Origin: Thermoanaerobaculia bacterium
Lineage (GTDB): Bacteria; Acidobacteriota; Thermoanaerobaculia; Gp7-AA8
Direction of reading: 5' to 3'
NCBI GenBank assembly: GCA_036398925.1
Contig: DASWOB010000095.1
Span: 22,616-86,615, forward strand
Length of the DNA: 64,000 bases
Shown here: piece by piece, positions 12,144-21,677 of the stretch
Position numbering within the stretch: position 1 is the first letter of the stretch
How the letters are laid out: every line of letters starts with the position of its first letter
The notes under the pieces: model-generated
Seen by the model: only the letters and a program-made list of their open reading frames with translations
Told to the model about the DNA's origin: nothing
Database searches by the model: none
Translations under genes and position numbers: made by a program

Positions 12144-12710
12144 TCAAGCCTGCGCTTCGAGGCCGTCGTTGAGCTGCTTGTCGCCTCGCCGGAGGTAGTC
12201 CCACCCGGAGTAAAGCGTCACGAGCATCGAGATGCGAAACAGCACTTCGGCGAGCCACTTCACCTGCGGCAGAAAGCCGTTCACCGCGATCACTACCGCA
12301 ACCGTCACCGCCTGCAGAACGGTCGAGGCCTTGCCGGCAATCGACGGCGGGAAGCGGCTGATCTGCACCCGCGTGTAGAGCAGGTAGGCGAAGAAGATGA
12401 TCGTGAAGTCGCGGATCAGGACGACGAAGAGCAGCCAGTTCGGGATGTCGATGACCGGCAGCCCGTCGTAGAGCGAATAGAAGAGGAAGCCGCAGACCAT
12501 CAGCGTCTTGTCGGCGGCCGGATCGAGGATCGCACCGAGCCGCGACCGGACGTTGAGACGCCGCGCGAGCGCTCCGTCGAGGATGTCGGTCACCGCGGCC
12601 GTTACGAAGATGGCGAAGGCCAGCGTCCACTGCCGGTTCATGGAGGCCATGAGAAAGCAGGGGACGAGGACGAGGCGGAGCAGCGTCAGGATGTTGGGGA
12701 GGTGACGCAC
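12144..12710 (-). CDS. pgsA: CDP-alcohol phosphatidyltransferase family protein (PgsA-like CDP-diacylglycerol--glycerol-3-phosphate 3-phosphatidyltransferase)
   Basis: NILTLLRLVLVP..., DILDGALARR and GAILDPAADK motifs (D-G-x2-A-R...G-x3-D-x3-D signature). 188 aa, polytopic membrane protein. Confidence 0.8.
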   Translation of the reverse strand: MRHLPNILTLLRLVLVPCFLMASMNRQWTLAFAIFVTAAVTDILDGALARRLNVRSRLGAILDPAADKTLMVCGFLFYSLYDGLPVIDIPNWLLFVVLIRDFTIIFFAYLLYTRVQISRFPPSIAGKASTVLQAVTVAVVIAVNGFLPQVKWLAEVLFRISMLVTLYSGWDYLRRGDKQLNDGLEAQA

Positions 12711-12715
12711 TCAGA

Positions 12716-13399
12716 TCAAGACGCTTCTGCCCGGAACTGATCGAGGGCCGTCTTCCGAAGGTAGATGGTCTTCCCTTCGCTGAGAAGAAGGTTCTGCCGC
12801 ATGAGGTCGTGGATCAGGCGCGAGACGGTCTCGCGCGAGGTGCCGATCATGTTGGCAATGGCCTGATGCGTCGGCCGGGTCACGGCCACGTAGCCGTTGT
12901 CCAGCACCTTGCCGGAGTCTTTGGCCAGGTCGAGGAAGAAGCGCGCCAGGCGGCCGTAAACGTCCATCGTGGCCAGCGACTCGATCCGATTGGAGGCATT
13001 GCGCAGACGGCGCGAGATCTCGGCCAGCACTTTCTTGGTGATCGAAAAGTTCTCGCCGAGGATCTGCAGAAAGTCGCTGCGCCAGATCGTCACGAGCTCC
13101 AGGTTGTCGGTGGCCACCACCGTCGCCGAGCGTGGTTCGTCGTCCAGCAGCGCCATCTCGCCGAAAAAGTCGCCCGGGCCGAGCAGCGAGAGGATGATCT
13201 CTTTCCCTTCCGGCGAGATCATCGTGACTTTGACGTTTCCTTCCCGGATCAGACAGAAGACGTCGCCGCTCTCGTCCGCGTGGAAGACCACGTCGTCTTT
13301 CGCGTAGCGGCGGGTTTTGGCCACCGCGGCGATCGAATTGAGCTCCCGATCGTCGAGATCGGCGAAGAGAGGGAACTTGCGGAAGAACGTGGTCTGCAT
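12716..13399 (-). CDS. Crp/Fnr-family transcriptional regulator (cNMP-binding domain + C-terminal HTH)
   Basis: Start at MQTTFFRKFPLFADL (ATG 13399). cNMP-binding fold (GDFFGEMALL...) and C-terminal HTH (RETVSRLIHDL). Confidence 0.8.
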   Translation of the reverse strand: MQTTFFRKFPLFADLDDRELNSIAAVAKTRRYAKDDVVFHADESGDVFCLIREGNVKVTMISPEGKEIILSLLGPGDFFGEMALLDDEPRSATVVATDNLELVTIWRSDFLQILGENFSITKKVLAEISRRLRNASNRIESLATMDVYGRLARFFLDLAKDSGKVLDNGYVAVTRPTHQAIANMIGTSRETVSRLIHDLMRQNLLLSEGKTIYLRKTALDQFRAEAS

Positions 13400-13491
13400 G
13401 CGAGCGGGTGATTGTAACGTGTCGCGGGAGGCAAGAGGGAGACCCCGCCGGAGGGCCTCCGCCCCGTCTCCCTGTAGACTGCTCCGCGCAC

Positions 13492-14775
13492 GTGGCAATC
13501 AAGCGGATCATTCCGGTCTCGTCGGGGAAGGGGGGAGTCGGCAAGACGACGTTCGCCATCAACTTCGCGCTGGCACTCTCCCGCCACAGCCGGACGGTGC
13601 TCGTCGATCTCGACACCGGCACGTCGGCCATCCGGAATGCCATTGACGTCCCGGTCGGGAAAGACCTCTACCACTTCTTTCGGAAGGGCGATTCGCTCAA
13701 CGATTGCGTCACGCCCCTGGACCGGAAGATCGACCGGGAGAACCGCTTTCCGCAGTTCGGGTTCGTCGCCGGGCCGATGCATCTCATCGACGAGATCACC
13801 AACTTCGGCGCGGCACACAAGGCCAGACTGATCGCGGCGATCAACGAGCTCGATGCCGATTACGTCATCCTCGACATGCGCGCCGGCCTCGACGCGAACG
13901 TGATCGACTTCCTCCCCTTCTCCAACTCCGGGATCCTCGTCTTCACCCCGCATCTCCCCAGCGCCACCCTCGCAGCATCCGACATCGTCAAGGCGATCCT
14001 CTTCCGCAAGCTGCGGCTGATCTTCCGCAAGGATTCGCCTTTCTTCGAGACCGTGCCCGACAGCGCGTTCGCCTTCAAGCTGATCAACGACCTGCTCGAC
14101 AGTGTGGAGGATGTGTACGACTCCTCCGTGCAGAACCTCGACGCCTTCGCGCAGGACCTCGCCCAGAACCTCGGCGATCACCCCATCACGCGTACGGTCC
14201 AGAACACGGTCGACGAGTTCCGCGTGCACTACGTGCTCAACCTCTTCAACGGCGTCGAGGATTCGTTCGAGACCGCGGTCAAACCGTTCATCGACAATCT
14301 CACCCACAACGTCTCCTCCCGCTGCGGCGTTACGAACCTCGGATGGGTGACCCGCAGCGACGCGATCCATCGCGCGAACTGCAATCGCCTCCCCGCCCTA
14401 CTCCTCGGCGACGTGAAGAAGCCGGTGAAGAAGGCGGACCGCTATGCCCAGGAGCTCGCCGATCTGCGGATGACCGCGATCGGTCTCGAGCCGCCGAAAA
14501 AGAAACAGTCGGCGCCGGCGCGCGACGCCGCCCCGGAAACGAGCGATCACCTCACCCGCCAGCTCAACGTCCTGAAGATGATGTTCGAGCAGAAGAAGGA
14601 CGACGACTACTCCGCCAACTTCGACTACATCACGCAACGGACCCTCTTTACGATGAAGAACCGCCGCGCCAGCGAGCTCGGAGACACCCGCATCTACACT
14701 CCCCCCGAAATGCTGTCGTCGCTCTTCGCTAAATCAAACGTACCCACCACGATCGATTGGAACGAACTGGAATGA
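13492..14775 (+). CDS. ParA/MinD-family P-loop ATPase with long (~200 aa) C-terminal extension
   Basis: Deviant Walker A SSGKGGVGKTTFAINFALAL shortly after a putative GTG start at 13492 (VAIKRIIPV). The start is uncertain; an upstream ATG at 13408 would overlap the divergent Crp gene. Confidence 0.6.
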   Translation: MAIKRIIPVSSGKGGVGKTTFAINFALALSRHSRTVLVDLDTGTSAIRNAIDVPVGKDLYHFFRKGDSLNDCVTPLDRKIDRENRFPQFGFVAGPMHLIDEITNFGAAHKARLIAAINELDADYVILDMRAGLDANVIDFLPFSNSGILVFTPHLPSATLAASDIVKAILFRKLRLIFRKDSPFFETVPDSAFAFKLINDLLDSVEDVYDSSVQNLDAFAQDLAQNLGDHPITRTVQNTVDEFRVHYVLNLFNGVEDSFETAVKPFIDNLTHNVSSRCGVTNLGWVTRSDAIHRANCNRLPALLLGDVKKPVKKADRYAQELADLRMTAIGLEPPKKKQSAPARDAAPETSDHLTRQLNVLKMMFEQKKDDDYSANFDYITQRTLFTMKNRRASELGDTRIYTPPEMLSSLFAKSNVPTTIDWNELE

Positions 14776-16325
14776 AGTTTTTCGCGACCCTGCTGCTGAC
14801 TTTCCCCCTGCTCGCACAATCCGCCTCCCCCGACCTCGCGATGCAGACCCGCATCCGGCAGGAAGGCTTCCGCAACAGTCAGGTGATGACCTATGCCGCA
14901 GCGCTCACCGACGTCATCGGCGCACGCCTGACCGGCTCGCCGTCGATGAAGAAGGCCAACGAGTGGACCCGCAAGACGTTCGAAGAGATGGGCCTGGCGA
15001 AGGCGCACATCGAACCGTACGACTTCGGCCGCAGCTGGTCGTTCGAGTCGGTCAACGTGCGGATGGTCGCGCCGGAAGTGGCGCCGCTCTATGCGCTGCC
15101 GAAAGCGTGGACGCCCGGCACGAATGGTCCGGTGCGTGGCAAGGTCGTGAAGGTGAAGCTCGAGTCGAAGGAAGACCTCGACAGGCAGAAGGGAAAGCTC
15201 GCCGGCGCGATGGTCATGATCGCCGAGGTGAAGGAGCTGAAGCCGGTCGAGAGCAAAGTGGAGCGCTACGACGAGAAAGAGCTGTCCGAGCTCGCGGAGT
15301 ACAAAGTTCCGCCGCCGATGGACCGGAATCGCGCCGACTCGCTGCGCCGCCAGCAGTTCCGCAAAGAGCTCGCGCAGTTCGCCAAGGACGAGAAGATCGC
15401 TGCGCTGGTCGACCTCGGCGCCGGCGACGACGCGACCTTCCGCGTGCAGGGCGGCGGCTCGCAGAAACTGGATGAGCCGATCGGCGTTCCGGCAATCGTG
15501 CTCGCCCCCGAGCACTACGGCCGCCTCTCGCGCCTCATCGACGCGAAGCAGGAGGTCGAGCTCGAAATCGACGTCCGCGCGCGCTTCCATGAAGAGGATC
15601 GCAACGCCTACAACACCATCGCGGAGCTGCCCGGCGGCGATCGCAGAAACGAAGTGGTGATGCTCGGCGCGCACCTCGATTCGTGGCACACCGGCACCGG
15701 GGCCACCGACAACGCGGCCGGCTCCATCGTGATGATGGAGGCGATCCGCATCCTGAAATCGCTCGGCGTTACGCCGCGCCGCACGATCCGGGTCGCGCTC
15801 TGGTCGGGCGAGGAACAAGGCCTCCTCGGGTCGCGCGCCTACGTCGCCAGACACTTCGCCCCGCGCGCCGATCCGAAGGATCCGGAGCAGGCCAGGCTCC
15901 CGCTCTCGGCCCGGACGGAAAAGGGCGTGCTGACCCTCCTGCCGGAGCATGCAAAGTTCTCGGCCTACTTCAACATGGACAACGGCACCGGCCGCATCCG
16001 CGGGATCTATGCCCAGGAAAACGCCGCCGCCGCACAGCTCTTCACGAGCTGGATCGCGCCGCTGAAAGACCTCGGCGTCACCACCGTCACGATGCGCAAC
16101 ACCACCAGCACCGATCACATCCCGTTCGACGAGGTCGGCCTGCCCGGCTTTCAGTTCATTCAGGATGACGTGGAGTACTTTGGCCGCACGCATCACTCGA
16201 ACTGGGACACCTACGAACGTCTCCAGCGCGACGATCTGATGCAGGCCGCAGTGGTCGTGGCCACCATCGTCTGGGAGACCGCCAACCGCGCGGAGCTCAT
16301 GCCGCGGAAGCCGATGATGGAGTGA
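14772..16325 (+). CDS. M28-family aminopeptidase with PA domain, secreted
   Basis: Signal peptide MKFFATLLLTFPLLAQSASP. M28 zinc-ligand motifs GAHLDSWHTGTGATDNAAG and ALWSGEEQGLLGSRAY. Confidence 0.8.
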   Translation: MKFFATLLLTFPLLAQSASPDLAMQTRIRQEGFRNSQVMTYAAALTDVIGARLTGSPSMKKANEWTRKTFEEMGLAKAHIEPYDFGRSWSFESVNVRMVAPEVAPLYALPKAWTPGTNGPVRGKVVKVKLESKEDLDRQKGKLAGAMVMIAEVKELKPVESKVERYDEKELSELAEYKVPPPMDRNRADSLRRQQFRKELAQFAKDEKIAALVDLGAGDDATFRVQGGGSQKLDEPIGVPAIVLAPEHYGRLSRLIDAKQEVELEIDVRARFHEEDRNAYNTIAELPGGDRRNEVVMLGAHLDSWHTGTGATDNAAGSIVMMEAIRILKSLGVTPRRTIRVALWSGEEQGLLGSRAYVARHFAPRADPKDPEQARLPLSARTEKGVLTLLPEHAKFSAYFNMDNGTGRIRGIYAQENAAAAQLFTSWIAPLKDLGVTTVTMRNTTSTDHIPFDEVGLPGFQFIQDDVEYFGRTHHSNWDTYERLQRDDLMQAAVVVATIVWETANRAELMPRKPMME

Positions 16326-16329
16326 GAGC

Positions 16330-16388
16330 TGTTCAGCTGCTCAGCGATTCAGCGATTCAGCGATTCAGGAGAACCGAGCGGCTGAACA
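16330..16388. repeat. family-B heptamer hairpin repeat (TTCAGCTG / GATTCAGC units in inverted orientation), between convergent genes
   Basis: gctgttcagctgctcagcgattcagcgattcagcgattcagg...ccgagcggctgaacagctag, with the arms reverse-complementary. Same architecture at 40556-40652, 46113-46203 and 60010-60082. Confidence 0.7.
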
Positions 16389-16389
16389 G

Positions 16390-17058
16390 CTAGAAGAACC
16401 GCGTGCGGATCACGGTCCGCGCGATCTTCAGCGTGTCGAGCAGCGGCCGGTAGTGGCTGGTCGAGATGCCGTCGACGAATCCGAGCTCGATCGGGATGGT
16501 GACGATCGCAAAACCGCGCCGGCCGGCGCGGACGATCACTTCGCTTTCCATGTCGAAGCCGTCTCGGCGCAACGGGACCTCGCGCATGATCCGGGAGGAG
16601 TAGAAGCGGAAGCCGCTCTGCGAGTCGGTGATCTTCACGCCCGACGCTTTGGCGATGCACCAGGCGGAAAAACGGTTCGCGCGACGGCGGCGGGGAAGCA
16701 TGTGCTCGAAGAGGTGCGCGCGTCCGCCGATGATCAGGTCGGCGTTCGTTTCGGTCGCGGCGCGGAGGAATTTCGGGATCTCGCTCGGCAGGTGCTGTCC
16801 GTCGGCGTCGAGAGTGATCACCCCTTCGTAGCCGTTCGCGAGCGCCCACGCGAAACCAGTCTTGAGCGCGCCCCCTTTGCCGCGGTTGACCTCGTGGCGC
16901 AACACGATGGCGCCGTGCTCGCGCGCCACGTCGCTGGTGCGATCGGAAGAACCGTCGTCGATGACCAGCACCGGCTCGAGATGCTGACGCGCCGCGTCGA
17001 TCACCGGACCGAGCGTCTTCGCCGCGTTCAGCGCCGGAATGATCGTCACGAGCTTCAT
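16390..17058 (-). CDS. family 2 glycosyltransferase (GT2, GT-A fold)
   Basis: IIPALNAAKTL, VIDDGSSDRT and LDADGQH (DxD) motifs. 222 aa. Last gene of the ACP-DH-KS-CLF-GT2 operon (4-nt overlap with upstream gene). Confidence 0.8.
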   Translation of the reverse strand: MKLVTIIPALNAAKTLGPVIDAARQHLEPVLVIDDGSSDRTSDVAREHGAIVLRHEVNRGKGGALKTGFAWALANGYEGVITLDADGQHLPSEIPKFLRAATETNADLIIGGRAHLFEHMLPRRRRANRFSAWCIAKASGVKITDSQSGFRFYSSRIMREVPLRRDGFDMESEVIVRAGRRGFAIVTIPIELGFVDGISTSHYRPLLDTLKIARTVIRTRFF

Positions 17059-18230
17059 GCACCCTCCCGCGAGACGACCGCGCAGACGATGCCGCCGCCG
17101 GCGGAGAGCGAGGGGATGAGGATGTGCTGCAGCTCCGCGGAACGCCGCTCGCGATTGACGGCCAGTTCGCCCGATTCGAATCCGGCCGAGGCGTGGAGCA
17201 TCTGTTCGTCGAGTGCGATCAATGCCGCGGCGAGTTGCAACGCACCGCCGGCCGCGTACTCACCGAAGAAGCCCTTCGTCGCGACGACCGGCGGAAGGCG
17301 TTCGCCGAAGAGTGATTGAATGGCGCGCGCTTCGAGGGCGTCGCCGCGTACCGAGCCATTCGCCGACGCATAGATCGCATCGATCGAATCGACCGAGATC
17401 TCCGCGTCGTCGATGGCCGCACGCGTCGCGGTGACGACGCTCCCCTCGTCCGTGCCCCAGTCGGAGATCGACGCGGTCGCGTCACGCGCGATGCCGAAGC
17501 CGGAGAGCCAGCCGTACGGCTTGCGCACGCCGGCGCCGGCCACCAGAATCGCGCCCCCTTCGCCGAGGGCGAAACCGTTGCGGCGTTCGTCGAACGGGCG
17601 CGCCGCTTCATCGTCGCCGTGCGCGAGCGCACCGATGCGATCGAGGACGCTGAACAGCATCTCGTTCGCTTCCTCCACGCCGCCGATCAGCGCGGCCTGG
17701 ACGTTCTCTTTCACCAGTTGCGTGGCGGCGTACATCGTGGCCGCGAGCGCCGACGACTCGCGCTGGGTGATGGTGATGTTGAAGCCGCGCAGACCGTGCT
17801 CGATGGCGATGTGGCTGCCGGGCGCGTTCGCCACCGATTCAGCGAAGAGCTGCGGCGGCGCGAGCGCGGCCCCCTTCTCGACGTACTCCTGCATGTACTC
17901 CACCGAGGTCTGCACCGGGCCGAAGGCGGTCCCGAGCGCGACCCCGCTGTTCGGATCGAGCGAGCAGCCCGCATCGTCGAGCGCCAGTTTCGCGGCGGAG
18001 ACGGCCAGCCGCGAGAGCGCGTTCATGCGGCGCATCTTCATCGGCGGGATGAAGTCGCGCGGCTTGAAATCGCGGACGAGCGCGGCTTTGTGCGCGGCGA
18101 GACCCGCGGTGTCGAAGCGGTCGACTTCGGCGATCGCGCTCGTGCCTGACGACAGCAGCTCGCGAAACGCGGAGACGCCGATCGCGCCCGGCGCGATGAC
18201 GCCGATGCCGGTGATCGGGATGCGTGTCAT
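17055..18230 (-). CDS. beta-ketoacyl synthase-like protein lacking the active-site Cys/His/His (chain-length-factor / KS-beta-like partner)
   Basis: Thiolase-fold length (391 aa) and KS N-terminal motifs (ITGIGVIAPGA). The position of the catalytic Cys reads ...TQRESSALAAT... (no Cys). The HGTGT position reads ASANGS (no His). It is adjacent to a bona fide KAS II. Confidence 0.7.
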   Translation of the reverse strand: MTRIPITGIGVIAPGAIGVSAFRELLSSGTSAIAEVDRFDTAGLAAHKAALVRDFKPRDFIPPMKMRRMNALSRLAVSAAKLALDDAGCSLDPNSGVALGTAFGPVQTSVEYMQEYVEKGAALAPPQLFAESVANAPGSHIAIEHGLRGFNITITQRESSALAATMYAATQLVKENVQAALIGGVEEANEMLFSVLDRIGALAHGDDEAARPFDERRNGFALGEGGAILVAGAGVRKPYGWLSGFGIARDATASISDWGTDEGSVVTATRAAIDDAEISVDSIDAIYASANGSVRGDALEARAIQSLFGERLPPVVATKGFFGEYAAGGALQLAAALIALDEQMLHASAGFESGELAVNRERRSAELQHILIPSLSAGGGIVCAVVSREGA

Positions 18231-18243
18231 AGGCGGCGCGGGG

Positions 18244-19464
18244 TTATACCACGCGCCGAAACAACAGCGACACGTTGCTCCCGCCGAAGCCGAACGTGTT
18301 CGACAGGACGTTTTCCATCGGCAGCGAGCGTGGCGTGTGCGGGATGTAGTCGAGCGTGCAGTCGGTCGCGTTCTCCGCGAGCCGCAGCGTCGGCGGCGCG
18401 ATCTGGTTCTGCAGCGCGAGCACCGTCACGACCGCTTCGATGCCGCCGGAAGCGCCGAGGGTGTGGCCAAAGTACGACTTGCTCGAAGAAACCGGCACGC
18501 CGCTGCCGACCGCGGCGATGATCGCCTTCGTCTCCGCGGAATCGTTCAGAAGAGTGCCGGTGCCGTGTGCATTCACGTACTGAACGGAAGCCGCCGTGAG
18601 CCGCCCCTCCGCGAGCGCGCCACGCATCGCCGCTTCCGCGCCGCGTCCATCTTCGGCAGGAGCGGTCGGATGATGCGCATCGCACGACGCGCCGTAGCCC
18701 GAGAGCTCCGCGAGAATGGTTGCGCCGCGCGCAACGGCGTCGTCCCAGCGTTCGAGGATGAGGAATGCAGCCCCTTCGCCGAGGGTGATCCCCTTGCGGG
18801 AGAGGCCGAACGGCGAGCACGGCTCCGGATCGACCGCCTGCAGCACGTTGAAGCCGCTGTAGGTCAGGCGGCAGAGCGCATCGCTTCCACCGGCAATGGC
18901 TACGTCCGCATGCCCGGAACGGAGGTAATCCGCCGCCATGCCGATCGCCGCACCGGCCGAAGCGCACGCGGTGGCGTTCGACACCACACCGCCACCGAGC
19001 TTGAAGACGCGCGCCACGGCATCGCTCGGACCGGAGGTCGGCTGCTGCAACACGCGCGACGCGGGAGCGCGACGGCGCCCGCGGATGATCCGCCGGAAGT
19101 AGTAATCCTCCCCTTCGAGCAGACCGCCGGTCGACGTCCCGGTGGAGACGATCGCGCGATCGAGCGCCAGCGGTGCGGTTGCACCTTCGTTGGCCTGTGC
19201 GATCGCTTCCGCTGCCGCGCTGACGGCCATCCGGTCGGTGCGCGAGAGACGTTTCGCCTCACGCTTGTCGATCGGAATCGCCACGTCACCCACTTGCGCG
19301 GCAATGTCGGTCGGAAACGTCTCTCCTGGAAAGCAGGTCAGCTTCTCGATCCCTGCCCGCGATTCGACGATCGCCTGCCACACCTCGGCCTTGTTGCGGC
19401 CGATCGAGCAGAGGATGCCGGCGCCGGTGACGGCGATTCGAGTGGTGAGGTCAGGTTTGCGCAT
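18244..19464 (-). CDS. 3-oxoacyl-[ACP] synthase II (FabF-type elongating ketosynthase)
   Basis: Catalytic Cys context NATACASAGAAIG, NAHGTGT, and a second His in FGHTLGASGG. 406 aa. Confidence 0.88.
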   Translation of the reverse strand: MRKPDLTTRIAVTGAGILCSIGRNKAEVWQAIVESRAGIEKLTCFPGETFPTDIAAQVGDVAIPIDKREAKRLSRTDRMAVSAAAEAIAQANEGATAPLALDRAIVSTGTSTGGLLEGEDYYFRRIIRGRRRAPASRVLQQPTSGPSDAVARVFKLGGGVVSNATACASAGAAIGMAADYLRSGHADVAIAGGSDALCRLTYSGFNVLQAVDPEPCSPFGLSRKGITLGEGAAFLILERWDDAVARGATILAELSGYGASCDAHHPTAPAEDGRGAEAAMRGALAEGRLTAASVQYVNAHGTGTLLNDSAETKAIIAAVGSGVPVSSSKSYFGHTLGASGGIEAVVTVLALQNQIAPPTLRLAENATDCTLDYIPHTPRSLPMENVLSNTFGFGGSNVSLLFRRVV

Positions 19465-19843
19465 CGGGCGTAGGAACTGCCGGAGCCGCGAGATAAAACC
19501 TGCCTCGCACGACTTCTACTCCATGGATGCGTCCGATGCCGCTGAAGCGGAAAATGCCGCCGAAATCGGCCTCGCGGGTCATCGTGATCGCCACCGTGTC
19601 GCCCGGTTCGATCGCGCGCAGCACCTCGCAGCGGTCGATGCCGGTCAGGTAGCCGTGCTGTGCTCCCTCGAACGAGAGTCCACCCGCGAACTGCGCCATC
19701 GCCTCGACGACCATCACCTCGGGCGTCAGGAAGTCGTTCGCCGTGCAGACGAAGACTCCCTCGATGGTCTTTTCATCGCGGTGGGTGACCGCGGACGCGC
19801 CACGAAACGGGATCTGATGCGGGAGCTGGGAAAGCCAGGACAA
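19451..19843 (-). CDS. hotdog-fold 3-hydroxyacyl-ACP dehydratase (FabZ/FabA-like, ApeI-like)
   Basis: 130 aa. Hotdog dehydratase pattern with His in ...SAVTHRDEKTIEGVF... and a conserved acidic residue downstream. It overlaps the KAS II start by 14 nt. Confidence 0.65.
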   Translation of the reverse strand: MSWLSQLPHQIPFRGASAVTHRDEKTIEGVFVCTANDFLTPEVMVVEAMAQFAGGLSFEGAQHGYLTGIDRCEVLRAIEPGDTVAITMTREADFGGIFRFSGIGRIHGVEVVRGRFYLAAPAVPTPDAQT

Positions 19844-20119
19844 CTACGCGTTCGCTTCCGCCTGCGCGAGACGGCTGCCGACGTAGTCCGCGAGCGTGGC
19901 GATCGAGCGAAAGTACTCGCGCGCGCTCCCCTCGTTCTTCACCTTGATGCCGAACTCGGTCTCGAGCATGACCACGATCTCGAGGGCATCGATGGAATCG
20001 AGGCCCAGGCCGCCGGCGAAGAGCGGATCGTCGTCGTTGATGTCGTCGGGGGTCATGTCCTCGAACTTGAGGCGCTCGATGAGAAGCTCTTTGAGTTTGC
20101 GGCGGAGATCCGTGGTCAT
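19844..20119 (-). CDS. acyl carrier protein
   Basis: 91 aa. Phosphopantetheine attachment motif GGLGLDSIDALE. First gene of the operon. Confidence 0.88.
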   Translation of the reverse strand: MTTDLRRKLKELLIERLKFEDMTPDDINDDDPLFAGGLGLDSIDALEIVVMLETEFGIKVKNEGSAREYFRSIATLADYVGSRLAQAEANA

Positions 20120-20276
20120 AAGTAGTCGTGATTGTATTCGCTAAGCCGTTGCGGCCTCAGGCGGGGTTTTCGAGTCGATGACGAGGACATCTCGTATCGG
20201 GTTCGGACAACGCACGCTGAGCTCAGCAGCATTCCGCGCTGCCTGACACTGCGAAGCGTGAGCTGCCTCACATTGG

Positions 20277-21677
20277 ATGACAGCGCGCAAACCTTTGGTT
20301 ATTCTGCATTGCGGTCCAATGCTCCAACGCTTCCTCTCCCTCGTCTCGGCCCACCCCGATGCCGTTGCGGTCATCGAAGGTGACACCGGCCTCGTCCTCT
20401 CCCGTGCGGCGCTGCTCGCTCGTGCGGAGGAGATGGCCGCGCGTCTGGCCGCGGCCGGCCTGCGCGCCAGCGATGCCGTGGCGATGCAGCTGCCGAACTC
20501 GTCGGAGCTGATCGCGACCGTCATCGCCGCCCTGCAGCTGAAGCTGGTCATCGTCCCGATCGATCGTGACGCTTCCGACACAGAAGTCGCGACGATCCTC
20601 GGCCATTTTTCGATCAAGGGTCTCGCTTATCGCGACGACCGCGGCTCTCACGCGGTGGCGATCTCGACGCGGGCCGTGACCTCCAGACCGAACGTGCCGG
20701 CCGAGACGCGGCTGATCAAGCTGACGTCCGGCTCGACCGGACGGCCGAAGGGGATCGCCGTCAGCGAGGCGAACCTGATCGCCGACGCGCTCCACATCTG
20801 CACGACGATGGACATTCATCCATCCGACCGCAACCTCGGCGCGATCCCACTCTCCCATTCATACGGCTTCTCGAACCTCGTCACGCCTCTCCTGATCCAG
20901 GGAACGCCAGTGGTGGTTTCCAACGACTACCTCCCGCAGTCGCTGATCGAGCTCGCCAACCGCTACGGCTGCACGGTCGTGCCGCTGATCCCGATGGTCT
21001 TCGAACACCTCACGGCCGTTGCACACGGACACTTCGAGACGGTGCGCACGTTCCTTTCGGCCGGCGCGCCGTTGCCGGCGAGCACGTCGCGCCGCTTCCG
21101 CGAGCGGTTCGGAACGGACGTGCATTCGTTTTACGGCTGCAGCGAATGCGGCGGCATCACGTACGACCGCGCCGGAGCGGCCGTGGAGCGGGGCAGCGTC
21201 GGTGAGCCGATGGTCGGCGTGACGCTGACGGTCGACGGGCCGCGGCTGCGCGTACGCAGCGAGGCGGTGGCGCTCGGCTATCTCTTCGACGCGGAGACGT
21301 TCGAGCCGTTCGAGGCCGGCGCGTTCCAGACCGACGACCTGGTGGAGCTCCGCGACGGGGAGGTGTTCCTGACCGGCCGCGCGAGTGACCTCATCAACAC
21401 CGCGGGCAAAAAGGTCAACCCGCGCGAGGTCGAGGCGGTGCTGCTGCAGATCGAAGGCGTGCTCCAGGTCAAAGTCTACGGCGAGCAGGCCGGCGCGCGC
21501 GGCGAGGTCGTTGCGGCCGCGATCGTAGCAACGCCGAACGTGACCCGCGAGCAGATCCGCGAGTTCTGCCGCGCGCGGCTCTCGCTGCACAAGGTGCCGC
21601 GGATCCTGAAGCTCATCGATCGGATTCCGGTCGACGAGCGCGGCAAGGTCAAGCGCGCGGCGCTGGCGATGCTGTAG
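20277..21677 (+). CDS. AMP-dependent synthetase/ligase (acyl/aryl-CoA ligase or acyl-ACP synthetase family)
   Basis: AMP-binding motif LTSGSTGRPKGIAV. A10 Lys region near the C-terminus (GKVKRAAL). An alternative start at ATG 20319 (MLQRFL...) is possible. It is divergent from the ACP operon and its 3' end overlaps the halogenase gene by about 29 nt (convergent). Confidence 0.8.
   Translation: MTARKPLVILHCGPMLQRFLSLVSAHPDAVAVIEGDTGLVLSRAALLARAEEMAARLAAAGLRASDAVAMQLPNSSELIATVIAALQLKLVIVPIDRDASDTEVATILGHFSIKGLAYRDDRGSHAVAISTRAVTSRPNVPAETRLIKLTSGSTGRPKGIAVSEANLIADALHICTTMDIHPSDRNLGAIPLSHSYGFSNLVTPLLIQGTPVVVSNDYLPQSLIELANRYGCTVVPLIPMVFEHLTAVAHGHFETVRTFLSAGAPLPASTSRRFRERFGTDVHSFYGCSECGGITYDRAGAAVERGSVGEPMVGVTLTVDGPRLRVRSEAVALGYLFDAETFEPFEAGAFQTDDLVELRDGEVFLTGRASDLINTAGKKVNPREVEAVLLQIEGVLQVKVYGEQAGARGEVVAAAIVATPNVTREQIREFCRARLSLHKVPRILKLIDRIPVDERGKVKRAALAML

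Noticed and set aside
13408-13491. Upstream ATG start for the ParA-like gene
   Set aside because: It would overlap the divergent Crp-family gene's start region by about 90 nt. GTG at 13492, immediately before the Walker A, is more consistent with the family, though it remains uncertain.
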